DNA from: an uncultured delta proteobacterium | GTDB lineage: Bacteria > Desulfobacterota > Binatia > UBA9968 | Length of the DNA stretch: 64,000 bases | Assembly (NCBI GenBank): GCA_963727625.1 | Contig: CAVSHR010000005.1 | Location: 768,001-832,000 of the forward strand | Reading direction: 5' to 3' | In this document: positions 38,965 to 48,354 of the stretch, one piece after another | Layout of the letters: each line of letters opens with the position of its first letter | How positions within the stretch are numbered: position 1 is the stretch's first letter | Program-made: the position numbers and the translations under genes | The notes under the pieces: model-generated | Seen by the model: only the letters and a program-made list of their open reading frames with translations | Told to the model about the DNA's origin: nothing | Database searches by the model: none

Positions 38965-39993
38965 ATGTCGCTGGAAGAACTGAACCAGAAACTCAAGAAA
39001 GAAAACCTCATCGGTTACTGGACGATACCGAACACCAGCACCAGCTTTCGCGAACCGGAAGCGAATTATCGCCCTTTTCTCTGGAAGTGGCATGAAATTC
39101 GCGCCGCGCTCGATGAAGCCGCTCAGTTTATCCGTCCCGAAGACGCGTTTCGCAGATTTATCGGCTACCAGCATCCGGAGTTGAAACTCGGCACGGCGCA
39201 TACGCTGCTCATGGGTGCGCAAATGGTCCGGCCAGGTGAGTTCGCTCCGGCGCACCGGCATACGATGGGCGCGATCCGCTTCGTGGTCGAGGGCCACGGC
39301 GCTGCCACCGTCGTCGAGGGCGAGCCGTTGCCGATGGAGCCCGGGGACTTGATCACCACGCCGAGCTGGAGTTGGCACGATCATGTCAACCCGGGCGACG
39401 CGCCGATCATCTGGTTGGACGGCGCCGACGGGCCGATGCTGCATTATTATCAAGCGGGTTTCGCCAATCCGTTTCATGAACGACAACAAGCAGTAACCAA
39501 ACCGGCAGGCTGGTCACAAAAGACTTACAATGTCCTACGCCCGCAGTCGGCACCGACGCCGACCTGGAATAATTATCGCCCGCCCTACCGCTACGCATGG
39601 AAGGACACCGCGAAGGCCTTTGAATCGATAACCGAAGCGCCCGGCGACCCCTACGATGCAGTCTTGCTGCGCTACTCGGATCCGATCGGCGGCGGCTCGA
39701 CGTTGCCGACGTTGAATTGCGAAGTGCAGATGTTTCGCCCCGGAGAGATTGGCGGCTCGCACCGCCACACGTACACGGTCGTTTATCACGCCTTTCGCGG
39801 CTCCGGCACAACCTGGGTCGGCGACCAGAGATTCGACTGGGAACAGGGCGACTCCTTCGTTGTACCGCTATGGAACTGGCATGCGCATGAAAACAATTCG
39901 CACCAAGCGGCAATACTTTTTTCAATCAATGATCGCCCGGCCATAGAGGCCTTGGGCTTCTTTCGGGAAGAAACGCGGGAAAGGGATGTCTAG
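38965..39993 (+). CDS. Gentisate 1,2-dioxygenase-like bicupin ring-cleavage dioxygenase
   Basis: Start MSLEELNQ. Motifs APAHRH, GDLITTPSWSWHDH, WLDGAD, SHRHT and VPLWNWHAHEN. Confidence 0.88.
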   Translation: MSLEELNQKLKKENLIGYWTIPNTSTSFREPEANYRPFLWKWHEIRAALDEAAQFIRPEDAFRRFIGYQHPELKLGTAHTLLMGAQMVRPGEFAPAHRHTMGAIRFVVEGHGAATVVEGEPLPMEPGDLITTPSWSWHDHVNPGDAPIIWLDGADGPMLHYYQAGFANPFHERQQAVTKPAGWSQKTYNVLRPQSAPTPTWNNYRPPYRYAWKDTAKAFESITEAPGDPYDAVLLRYSDPIGGGSTLPTLNCEVQMFRPGEIGGSHRHTYTVVYHAFRGSGTTWVGDQRFDWEQGDSFVVPLWNWHAHENNSHQAAILFSINDRPAIEALGFFREETRERDV

Positions 39994-40053
39994 GGTCTTG
40001 AGCCCCCCTCCCCCCAACCCTAAACTCTTGACCAAAACCGATCTGGCACACTT

Positions 40054-41475
40054 GTGGCATTCGCTGACTTAAGAAATTTTATCGACGGCGCCGCGCGCAT
40101 CGGTGAGCTGAAGACCGTCGATGGCGCGCACTGGGATCTTGAAATCGGTTGCTTGACCGAACTCATGGCCGAGCAGGACGGCCCGCTGCTGCTCTTCGAC
40201 AACATCGTCGGTTATCCCAAGGGCTTCCGCATCGCCACTAATGTGCTCGCCACGCCGCGCCGTTTCGCTCTCGCCCTCGGCTTGCCGACGGACGCGCTCA
40301 AGCTGGAAATTCTCAAAACCTGGCGCAACAAGATTCGCGATCTGAAACCGTACGCACCGGTAGAGATCTCGTCAGGGCCGATCATGGAGAACATTCTCGA
40401 AGGCAGGGGCATCGACCTGGGCATATTTCCAACACCCAAATGGCACGAACACGACGGCGGGCGCTACATCGGCACCGGCGACATGGTGGTCACCAAAGAT
40501 CCCGACAGCGGCTGGGTCAACGTCGGCACCTACCGTTCCTGCATCGTCGACAAGGATCGAGTCACGCTCTGGATCATCGAGCACAAGCACGGCAAACAAA
40601 TCGCGCAAAAATATTGGCAAGCGGGACGCCCCTGCCCCGTCGCCATCGTGCTCGGCTGCGAGCCGGCAACGTGGATGGCTGCACCCTCCGCCGCCAAGGC
40701 CGGCGTGAGCGAATACGAATACGCCGGCGCCTTGCGCGGCGCGCCGCTGGAGGTGATCCGCGCGCCGTTTACCGGCTTGCCCATTCCGGCGACTGCCGAG
40801 ATCGTCATCGAAGGAGAGATGCCCGCGCCCGAAGTTGAATCGCATGCCGAAGGGCCATTCGGCGAATGGCCGGGATATTACACCCACAGCGGCAAAGAAT
40901 GCGTGGTGCGCATCAAGCGGATTCTCCATCGCAATGATCCGATTCTGCTCGGCAATCCGCCGCTTTTGCCGATCACCGAGCGTTACGGCATTCCGCTCTT
41001 TGCGGCGCGCATCTGGGACCACCTGGAGCAATCCGGCGTCTCCGGCATCCAAGGAGTGTGGTGTCACTGCCACACCTTGATGGTCGTCGTTTCACTAAGT
41101 CAAAGGCACGCCGGCCAGGCGATGCAAGCGCTGACGGCCGTCGCCGGCATGCAGACAGGCGCAAGCATGTACCGCTACTACATCGCCGTCGACGACGACA
41201 TTGACCCGGTGGATTTGAAGCAAGTCATCTGGGCCATGTGCACGCGCGTCGATCCGGCGGAATCGGTACAGATTCTAAAGTCATGGACCACCGATCTCGA
41301 CCCGCGTTTGCCGCCCGAGAAACGCGATAAAGGCGACTTCACGATGAGCCGCATGCTGATCGACGCTTGCAAGCCCTACCACTGGCGCGACCAGTTCGCA
41401 TTAGCCAACAAATTCAGCGCCGAAAAACGTGAAGAGATTTGGGAAAAGTGGGCCCCTACACTCGGTCTGAAATGA
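40054..41475 (+). CDS. UbiD-family decarboxylase
   Basis: Motifs DGGRYIGT, NVGTYR, AEIVIEG, EGPFGEWPGYY, VDDDID and IDACKP. Confidence 0.95.
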   Translation: MAFADLRNFIDGAARIGELKTVDGAHWDLEIGCLTELMAEQDGPLLLFDNIVGYPKGFRIATNVLATPRRFALALGLPTDALKLEILKTWRNKIRDLKPYAPVEISSGPIMENILEGRGIDLGIFPTPKWHEHDGGRYIGTGDMVVTKDPDSGWVNVGTYRSCIVDKDRVTLWIIEHKHGKQIAQKYWQAGRPCPVAIVLGCEPATWMAAPSAAKAGVSEYEYAGALRGAPLEVIRAPFTGLPIPATAEIVIEGEMPAPEVESHAEGPFGEWPGYYTHSGKECVVRIKRILHRNDPILLGNPPLLPITERYGIPLFAARIWDHLEQSGVSGIQGVWCHCHTLMVVVSLSQRHAGQAMQALTAVAGMQTGASMYRYYIAVDDDIDPVDLKQVIWAMCTRVDPAESVQILKSWTTDLDPRLPPEKRDKGDFTMSRMLIDACKPYHWRDQFALANKFSAEKREEIWEKWAPTLGLK

Positions 41476-41755
41476 CCTCCGGTAAGCTTGGTGGCAAACC
41501 ATTGGCGCCGCCACTAAGCCCCGGTGTGTCGGTCGTACCGTTGCGCCGCGTATAGTGACGGTCAATGATCGTCATCAAGCGCGAGCAAACCAAGGCGACA
41601 CTGGATTATCAATCTGCTTATTTCGGATCTGCAAATCATGACACCGGCTAAAGAGGCCGAAGCTGACATCCCGCGTTGGCGACGCTTTGTATCACCGAGG
41701 ATGCTTGACTGAAGTTCTATTGCACCATATTAGGGTCAAAAAGGAGGAGACCTTG

Positions 41756-42664
41756 ATGGACAAAGTCAATTTCCCCTATCGCTCCGACAGCCATCTGCCG
41801 TTTTTGCACGTCGTGCACGATTCCGGCTCATGGTCGAAGCACGGCCTGGACGTGAACTACGACTACGAAATCACTTCGGAAGACTCGCATAAAAACGTCG
41901 CCAACGGCACCGTCGAGTTCGTCGGCGGCAACCACCTCTCGCCTTACATTCGCCGTCCCGCAGGAGACAAATGGGTTTACCTTGGGCAAACCGTCAGCCT
42001 GTTGAATCATCGCTTGGTCGTGCGCGCCGACTCGGGTATCAACAAAGTCTCGGATCTCAAAGACAAGAAAGTTGCGACCAAAGGCAAGCACCCCGGTTTG
42101 AATACCTGGCTCTTTATTAAGCAGGCGGGGCTGCTGAACGATTGTCAGGTGGAAAAGGCCAAGGGAAAGTTCCATTGGGAAGCGGTGCGCGACGGCGAAG
42201 CCGACGCCGCCTTCGTCACGCCGCCGGCGGATATTCTCTCCAAACGCGCCGGCCTCAAAGTCATCGAAGTGCCGTTTTTGCCGATGGTCTGGTTCACCAC
42301 GGTTTCCAGCGGCTTGCCGTTCGTCGAGAAACATCCCGACATCGTCGACAAAATGCTCCGCGGCATGTGCGAAGGCATCGCCTACTTCAAAACCCATCGG
42401 GCCGAATCGATCAAGATTATCAAAGAGAAATACAAAGCCGAAGGCGACCTCGACGACGAGGCGGCGACCCATCTTTATGACGATCTTAAAATGATCCTGC
42501 AGGCGAAGCCTTACGCGACCATTCCGGCGATCAGCAACGTCTACGAGATTTCCATCGAGCAGGACAAAGCCGCCGAGAAAACTGATCCGATGGCGCTGTG
42601 GGATTTTCACTATCTCAGGCGCATCGACGACAGCGGTTTCATCGACAACCTGTACAAACTTTAG
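41756..42664 (+). CDS. SsuA/THI5-like (PBP type II) protein lacking a signal peptide
   Basis: AGGAGG RBS, then MDKVNFPYRS with no hydrophobic leader. Motifs WSKHGLDV, INKVSDLKDKKV and IDDSGFIDNLY. Confidence 0.8.
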   Translation: MDKVNFPYRSDSHLPFLHVVHDSGSWSKHGLDVNYDYEITSEDSHKNVANGTVEFVGGNHLSPYIRRPAGDKWVYLGQTVSLLNHRLVVRADSGINKVSDLKDKKVATKGKHPGLNTWLFIKQAGLLNDCQVEKAKGKFHWEAVRDGEADAAFVTPPADILSKRAGLKVIEVPFLPMVWFTTVSSGLPFVEKHPDIVDKMLRGMCEGIAYFKTHRAESIKIIKEKYKAEGDLDDEAATHLYDDLKMILQAKPYATIPAISNVYEISIEQDKAAEKTDPMALWDFHYLRRIDDSGFIDNLYKL

Positions 42665-42720
42665 ATTTCGGCGTGTCCTGATTCACTTTAATTGGATAAA
42701 CCGAAAAGGAGGTAATAATC

Positions 42721-43791
42721 ATGAAGCTTCGTCTGCCATATTTTTTTCCGGCGCTACTGATAGCCACGAGCATGGGGCTGGTCCTCGATGGGAGGCCAGC
42801 ACAATCGGCTTCGGCGAAAGCCCACTATGAAGGCAAGACTATTACCGTGCTGGTTTCTTCCAATCCGGGCGGCGGCACGGATACGGCGGCGCGTCTCGTC
42901 GCCCGTTTCTTGCCGAAGTTTCTTCCAGGTCAGCCCCAGACCATCGTTCAGAACATGCCGGGAGGCGGCGGGACCATCGCCAACAACTATTTTGCCGCCA
43001 AGGCGAAACCGGACGGGTTGATGTTATTTCAGGACTCATCCTCCGGTCTGGGAAATTTCACCCGCGGCGGCTCGCGGATAAAATACGACCCGAGGAAAAA
43101 CCAGGCGATCGGTTCGATCACCCGGGGCGGCTCGCTGATGATGATCAGCAAAGAAGCCCGTCCTCGGCTCACGGATCCAAAGGCGAAAAAAGTCGTGGTC
43201 GGCGACAGCGACGGGATTCGAACCTGGGTCGCGACCATGGTTTGGGCCGCGGAGTATTTGGGTTGGAACCTCCGCTTTGTCTATGGTTATCCGGGAAGCC
43301 AAGAGTTGCAGCTCGCCCTCAGACAAGGCGAAATCGATGTCTGGGGAACCTCGAACGCCAAGCTCATCAATGATTTTGTCAAAGGAGGCAAGCACGAAGT
43401 CTTGTTTCAGCAGGAGGACCAACGGCGGCCTGGATTTCCCAACGTGCCGACTTTTGAAGAGGTCCTGGGCGACAAGAAACCTAAAGGTCCGGCGTGGGAA
43501 GGCTACCTGGCCTGGTCGGGTCCAAACGAAATAGACAAGTTTTTAGTCGCGCCGCAGGGCACGCCGCAAGACGTCGTCGCCGCGCTGCGCGCGGCCTTCG
43601 TCAAGATGGGACAAGACGAGGAGTTCAAAAAACAGGCGACCAATTTTTTTGGCGACGCCTGGCGGACCCGAACCGGAGAAAAAACGCAATCGATGATTCG
43701 CGATGTCACGACAATCTCGAAAGATGCCCAAGCGGTCCTAACCAAACTCCGCAAGAAGTACGGCTTGCCCACCGGCAAGCAAAGAAAATAG
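42721..43791 (+). CDS. tctC: Tripartite tricarboxylate transporter substrate-binding protein (Bug/TctC)
   Basis: Signal peptide. Motifs PGGGTDTAARL, VQNMPGGGG and GYPGS..LALRQGEID. Confidence 0.88.
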   Translation: MKLRLPYFFPALLIATSMGLVLDGRPAQSASAKAHYEGKTITVLVSSNPGGGTDTAARLVARFLPKFLPGQPQTIVQNMPGGGGTIANNYFAAKAKPDGLMLFQDSSSGLGNFTRGGSRIKYDPRKNQAIGSITRGGSLMMISKEARPRLTDPKAKKVVVGDSDGIRTWVATMVWAAEYLGWNLRFVYGYPGSQELQLALRQGEIDVWGTSNAKLINDFVKGGKHEVLFQQEDQRRPGFPNVPTFEEVLGDKKPKGPAWEGYLAWSGPNEIDKFLVAPQGTPQDVVAALRAAFVKMGQDEEFKKQATNFFGDAWRTRTGEKTQSMIRDVTTISKDAQAVLTKLRKKYGLPTGKQRK

Positions 43792-43798
43792 GCAAACT

Positions 43799-45289
43799 AT
43801 GCTTGAGGCTGCGATCGAGGGGCTGCAAGGTATTTTAACCTTTCAGTCCCTCTCGATGATGCTTCTAGGGGTCCTCATCGGCAGCTTGGTGGGCTTTCTC
43901 CCCGGCATCGGCGGGCCTACGACCCTCGCCATCATGCTTCCTTTCGTCATGGTAATGAAGGATCCCGTGCCGGTCATCGCGCTGCTGGTGGGTATCGATG
44001 CAGTGGGCAACACCGCCAGCTCGTTTACATCGATTCTCATATCCGTACCGGGGAGTTCGGGGTCGCAAGCGACCATTCTCGACGGTTATCCGATGGCCAA
44101 ACGGGGCGAAGCTTTGCGGGCCTTGAGCGCTTCTTTCATGGCCTCCCTCGTCGGCGGCTTGATCGGCCCGCTCATCCTGCTCGCCTCTCTACCCTTTCTG
44201 CGCCCCTTAGTGCTCGCCTTTGGTTCGCCGGAGTTCTTCGTGCTGACGCTCTGGGGACTTGCCATGGTCGGAGTCTTGAGCGGCAACGCTCCCGTCAAAG
44301 GGCTGATGGCGGGAATCATCGGCGTCTTTATCGCCACTGTGGGTCTGGACATAAAATCCGGTATCGAGCGTTTTTCCTTCGGGGAGCCCTATCTTTGGGA
44401 CGGTGTCAGCTTGATTATCGTCGCCCTCGGCATATTCGGCGTTCCGGAATGTATCGACCTGGCGACCCGAAAATCGAGCATCTCAGAAAGACACGAACTA
44501 GGGTCTGGATTCAAACAGGGAATCCTGGATGTCTTTCAGAACATGTGGCTTACGGTAAGGTCGTCGGCCATCGGTATCTGGGTCGGATTTTTGCCCGGGC
44601 TGGGAAGTTCGGTAGCGGATTGGTTCGCCTACGCTCATGCGGTTCAGACGGAGAAAAACCACGAAAATTTTGGCAGGGGTGATGTTCGCGGCGTCATCGC
44701 GCCAGAAGCATCCAACAACGCCAAGGAAGCCGGCAGTTATATCCCAACGCTGGCCTTCGGCATTCCCGGCGGCACATCCACGGCGCTTATTTTGGTTGCG
44801 TTTACCGCGGTCGGCATCAACCCCGGCCCCGAAATGCTGACGACGCAATTGCCGTTCACCTTCGCAATCATCTGGACGTTGACGATTTCCAATATCATCG
44901 CCGTGGCGATCTGCATGGCCTTTGCCAAACCCATCGCCAAGTGTTGCTTTTTCCCCTTCTACACCATTGTGCCGCTGATTCTGGTTTTTGTTTTTATCGG
45001 CGCGTTTGCCGCCCATTTTAATGACTATGATCTTGGGTTGCTCCTGGTCTTTTCCGCCTTAGGTTTCATGATGCGCCGGCATGGATGGCCCCGCGCGCCG
45101 TTGTTGCTCGGCGTGGTGCTTGGAACGAAGATGGAACTTTATCTCTGGCTTTCATACACCCGCTTTGGCACCGAATGGCTGCTGCGGCCCGGCGTGATTG
45201 TTTTGTTCGTTATCGTGCTCGCCTCGGTTTTTTATCCCGTTTGGCAAAACCAACGGGGTGGCGGTTCCGATCCTTCGGAAGCGGCGTAG
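43799..45289 (+). CDS. tctA: Tripartite tricarboxylate transporter large permease
   Basis: Motifs GFLPGIGG, ATILDGYPMA, GVIAPEASNNA and IPTLAFGIPG. Confidence 0.95.
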   Translation: MLEAAIEGLQGILTFQSLSMMLLGVLIGSLVGFLPGIGGPTTLAIMLPFVMVMKDPVPVIALLVGIDAVGNTASSFTSILISVPGSSGSQATILDGYPMAKRGEALRALSASFMASLVGGLIGPLILLASLPFLRPLVLAFGSPEFFVLTLWGLAMVGVLSGNAPVKGLMAGIIGVFIATVGLDIKSGIERFSFGEPYLWDGVSLIIVALGIFGVPECIDLATRKSSISERHELGSGFKQGILDVFQNMWLTVRSSAIGIWVGFLPGLGSSVADWFAYAHAVQTEKNHENFGRGDVRGVIAPEASNNAKEAGSYIPTLAFGIPGGTSTALILVAFTAVGINPGPEMLTTQLPFTFAIIWTLTISNIIAVAICMAFAKPIAKCCFFPFYTIVPLILVFVFIGAFAAHFNDYDLGLLLVFSALGFMMRRHGWPRAPLLLGVVLGTKMELYLWLSYTRFGTEWLLRPGVIVLFVIVLASVFYPVWQNQRGGGSDPSEAA

Positions 45290-45292
45290 CAC

Positions 45293-45766
45293 ATGAGTTG
45301 GATCAAAATTGAAAAGCTGCTATTTACCCTGTTCATAGCCGCGTTGCTAGCCGGCGCCCTTCAAATCGCCCGAGATTGGTCCATCCGCGCATCGATTATC
45401 ATTTTGGTTTTGGGTGGAATCGGCTTAGCGCTGGCCGTCGCCCAATTAGTTTCGGACTTTAAAAACCTCCGCTCGCGAAAATCCGCCGCGGCCTTGACTA
45501 TGGAGGCACCAGCCTTGGAGGTGAGCAGCCGCTGGGGCAATTTTGAAATCTGGGCTTGGATTTTAGGATTTTACGGCTTCATTCACATTGTTGGCTTTCC
45601 GCTCGCCGTGCCGCTGTTTGTTTTTTCTTATACCAAGGTATACGGGGGGGGTTGGATTCTCTCGGCGGCGCTGGCGGTGATGTCTTGGGGCTTTGTATTC
45701 TTATTATTCGACACGCTCCTACATGTCCCCTGGCCTGAATCGCTTTTCGGCGCGATGATTTCTTGA
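45293..45766 (+). CDS. tctB: Tripartite tricarboxylate transporter small permease
   Basis: Small multi-TM protein with C-terminal LFDTLLHVPWP. Follows tctA. Confidence 0.85.
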   Translation: MSWIKIEKLLFTLFIAALLAGALQIARDWSIRASIIILVLGGIGLALAVAQLVSDFKNLRSRKSAAALTMEAPALEVSSRWGNFEIWAWILGFYGFIHIVGFPLAVPLFVFSYTKVYGGGWILSAALAVMSWGFVFLLFDTLLHVPWPESLFGAMIS

Positions 45767-45817
45767 GGAGCTAAGGATTTTGCCATGCGTCAGACCGCGC
45801 CCAAATTAGGAGTTCCC

Positions 45818-46558
45818 ATGAATTCCGCGGACTCCAAGGCTTACATCAGTGAAGTGAACAAGAAAGTCGTCCAACGCTGGCAGGAACGCGTCACCGACGG
45901 CCCGTTCATGAGCCCATTTCTCGAAGGCAAACTGTCCCTGTCGGCTATTAAGTTGTTTTTCAAAAATTGGGGCAACTTCACGGTTGAGATCAACACCCTG
46001 GTGTCGGTCTCCTATCACAAGCACATAGGCTTTTTTAAGCGCCATCCCGACTTAATGGGCCCGCTCGGGGTTAAAATCGCCGATGAATTCATTCATCCCA
46101 AACCACCCGGCCATGTGCTGGTCATGCTGCAAACCGCCGCAGCGCTGGGTCTGACGCAGGATGAAATCCTGCGTCTGCCGATGCTTCCCGAATGCCGGGC
46201 GATTCTCGACTTCAAACGCCAACTCATGTGGGAAGGCACCGTTGCCGAGTGGTGGTTCTCGATGCTCACCGAAGAGCCCATCGGCCACTGGTCGGCCATG
46301 TGGTTCAGAACCTTGACGCAGAAGTACGGCTTCACCGAAGAGCAGGCGGTTTATTTCTCGACCCATGAAGAAGCCGATTTGAAAGAGCACGAAGACGGCG
46401 TCATGGGGCACGGCAGTTTTAACAAGCTGGTCATGCAGAGGATATTGGAAGACGGCTACGCCGACACGCGCGAAGGTTACAATTTGGAATACTGCGCCCT
46501 CGCCGCCGTCGATCTCTACGGCGTCATGCACCGCGCCGCGGTAGAGTTAGCGGAATAA
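45818..46558 (+). CDS. Heme-oxygenase-like dimetal protein, 'HPxPPGH' subfamily, copy 2
   Basis: AGGAG RBS before MNSADSK. Motifs KNWGNF, DEFIHPKPPGH, LTEEP and THEEADLKEH. Clear paralog of 38127. Confidence 0.82.
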   Translation: MNSADSKAYISEVNKKVVQRWQERVTDGPFMSPFLEGKLSLSAIKLFFKNWGNFTVEINTLVSVSYHKHIGFFKRHPDLMGPLGVKIADEFIHPKPPGHVLVMLQTAAALGLTQDEILRLPMLPECRAILDFKRQLMWEGTVAEWWFSMLTEEPIGHWSAMWFRTLTQKYGFTEEQAVYFSTHEEADLKEHEDGVMGHGSFNKLVMQRILEDGYADTREGYNLEYCALAAVDLYGVMHRAAVELAE

Positions 46559-46647
46559 ACCATGCCTAGAGCCTCGCGTCTCGTGTTTTGAGTTGAGGCC
46601 GAGCGCAACTCTATACTCTAGACCCAAGACAATTACCCAAGGAGCTT

Positions 46648-48093
46648 TTGATGACCCCCTCAAACCACGACCTGCGCGCCTTTCTAAACGAAGTCGATAA
46701 AATCGGCGAACTGCGCCGCATCGAAAACATCCCCTGGGACAAGGACATCGGCGGCTTGGTCGAGATGATACTGGAACGCAGCGACCATCCACCGGCGATG
46801 CTGTTCGAGAAAGTCCCCGGCGCGCGCCGGGACATGGAGATTCTGTGCAGCCAGATCGACACACTGCCTAGACTGGCAATCGCCATGGGCACCGATCCGA
46901 AACTCGGGCTGACCGATTTCATTCAGGCGTGGCGCCGTAAGATTCGCAACTTCGAGCCGGTTCCAGCACAGTTCGCCAATGACGCGCCGATCTTTGAAAA
47001 CCGCGTCGACAAACAGATCGACCTCGAAGCCTTCCCGATTCCGCGATGGCATGAAGAAGACGGCGGGCGGTATATCGGCACCGACGATCTGGTCATCACC
47101 GAAGATCCCGAAGAGCATTGGATCAACGCCGGAACTTACCGCGTCATGCTGCAAGGCAAAGACGCCGTGGCGCTCTATATCTCGCCGGGCAAACATGGCC
47201 GCGTGCAGCGGCAAAAATATTTCGACGCCGGCAAGCCCTGTCCGGTGGTCATGTCCTTCGGCCATCACCCGATCCTGTTTCTCGCCGCCTGCACCGACGT
47301 GCCGGTGAAGATGAGCGAGTTCGATTATGCCGGCGGCGTCATCGGCGAACCGATTCAACTGGTGCGCGGGCCGCTGACCGGCCTGCCGATTCCGGCTTAC
47401 TCGGAGATCGCCATCGAGGGTGAAATGGTTCCCGGCGACGACCTGCCCGAAGGACCGTTCGGCGAATGGCCAGGCTACTACGCCAGCGCCACGCGTCCGG
47501 AGCCGGTGGTGCGCATCAAGGCGCTCTATTACAGAAATAATCCGATTCTCTGCGGCGAACCGCCACTGCGTCCATCGGCGGGTCAGGGATTTCACCGCTC
47601 GATCCAACGCTCGGCGTTGATCTGGAACGCCCTTGAAGACGCCGGCGTCCCCGACGTTCAAGGCGTCTGGCTTCATCCCGCCGCTTATCGATTTTTTTCA
47701 ATTCTAAAAATCAAACAGCGCTACCCCGGCCACGCCAAACAGGCGGCCTTGATCGCCAGCCAATGCCGCCCCGGGGCGTATCTCGGCCGCTACGTTGTGG
47801 TCGTCGATGATGACATCGATATCTACAATCCTAACGACGTCATCTGGGCCATCGGCACGCGCTCGGAGCCCGAGAACATCGATATCCTGCGCCGCTGCTG
47901 GAGCGGTCCCCTCGACCCGGCGATCCCGCGCGAACGCAAAGGGTTCAACTCGCGCGCGATCATCGACGCGACGCGGCCGTATGAATGGCGCGACAGGTTC
48001 CCTGCCGTCAACGCCGTGAGCGACGACTTCAAGGCCGAGCTAGACAAGAGATACGCCGCGCTACTCAAAGAAGTGGTGGGGCGAACACCCTAA
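46648..48093 (+). CDS. UbiD-family decarboxylase
   Basis: Motifs DGGRYIGT, NAGTYR, SEIAIEG, EGPFGEWPGYY, VDDDID and IIDATRP. Confidence 0.95.
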   Translation: MMTPSNHDLRAFLNEVDKIGELRRIENIPWDKDIGGLVEMILERSDHPPAMLFEKVPGARRDMEILCSQIDTLPRLAIAMGTDPKLGLTDFIQAWRRKIRNFEPVPAQFANDAPIFENRVDKQIDLEAFPIPRWHEEDGGRYIGTDDLVITEDPEEHWINAGTYRVMLQGKDAVALYISPGKHGRVQRQKYFDAGKPCPVVMSFGHHPILFLAACTDVPVKMSEFDYAGGVIGEPIQLVRGPLTGLPIPAYSEIAIEGEMVPGDDLPEGPFGEWPGYYASATRPEPVVRIKALYYRNNPILCGEPPLRPSAGQGFHRSIQRSALIWNALEDAGVPDVQGVWLHPAAYRFFSILKIKQRYPGHAKQAALIASQCRPGAYLGRYVVVVDDDIDIYNPNDVIWAIGTRSEPENIDILRRCWSGPLDPAIPRERKGFNSRAIIDATRPYEWRDRFPAVNAVSDDFKAELDKRYAALLKEVVGRTP

Positions 48094-48147
48094 CCGTACC
48101 AACCTCGGCGCCGCTGTTTTGAAACGCGAAAAAATTGCAGGGAGCAA

Positions 48148-48344
48148 AAACCGAGAACAGCGTTCATTCTTATTGCAGCGTTTACCTTGCTCGTCGTTGG
48201 TAAAAATGCCCTCGATTCCCGAGGCCACCCGAACGCGCGCGACGTCAAACCGGCCAGCGTGATTGACACGACAATGGTCAAGTAAATAAGACGTCCGACT
48301 TTTTCGATAAGCTCTATGGGCGCCCGCCAAAGAATGAAAAATAG
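48148..48344 (+). pseudogene. Internally deleted SsuA/THI5-type binding-protein remnant
   Basis: Reads KPRTAFILIAAFTLLVV (signal-like), GKNALDSRGHPNARDVKPASVIDTTMVK*, then a frameshift to SDFFDKLYGR. The tail matches C-termini of intact paralogs here (e.g. DTTIVDRLDREGFFAKLY). Confidence 0.6.
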
Positions 48345-48354
48345 CAAATCGCCT

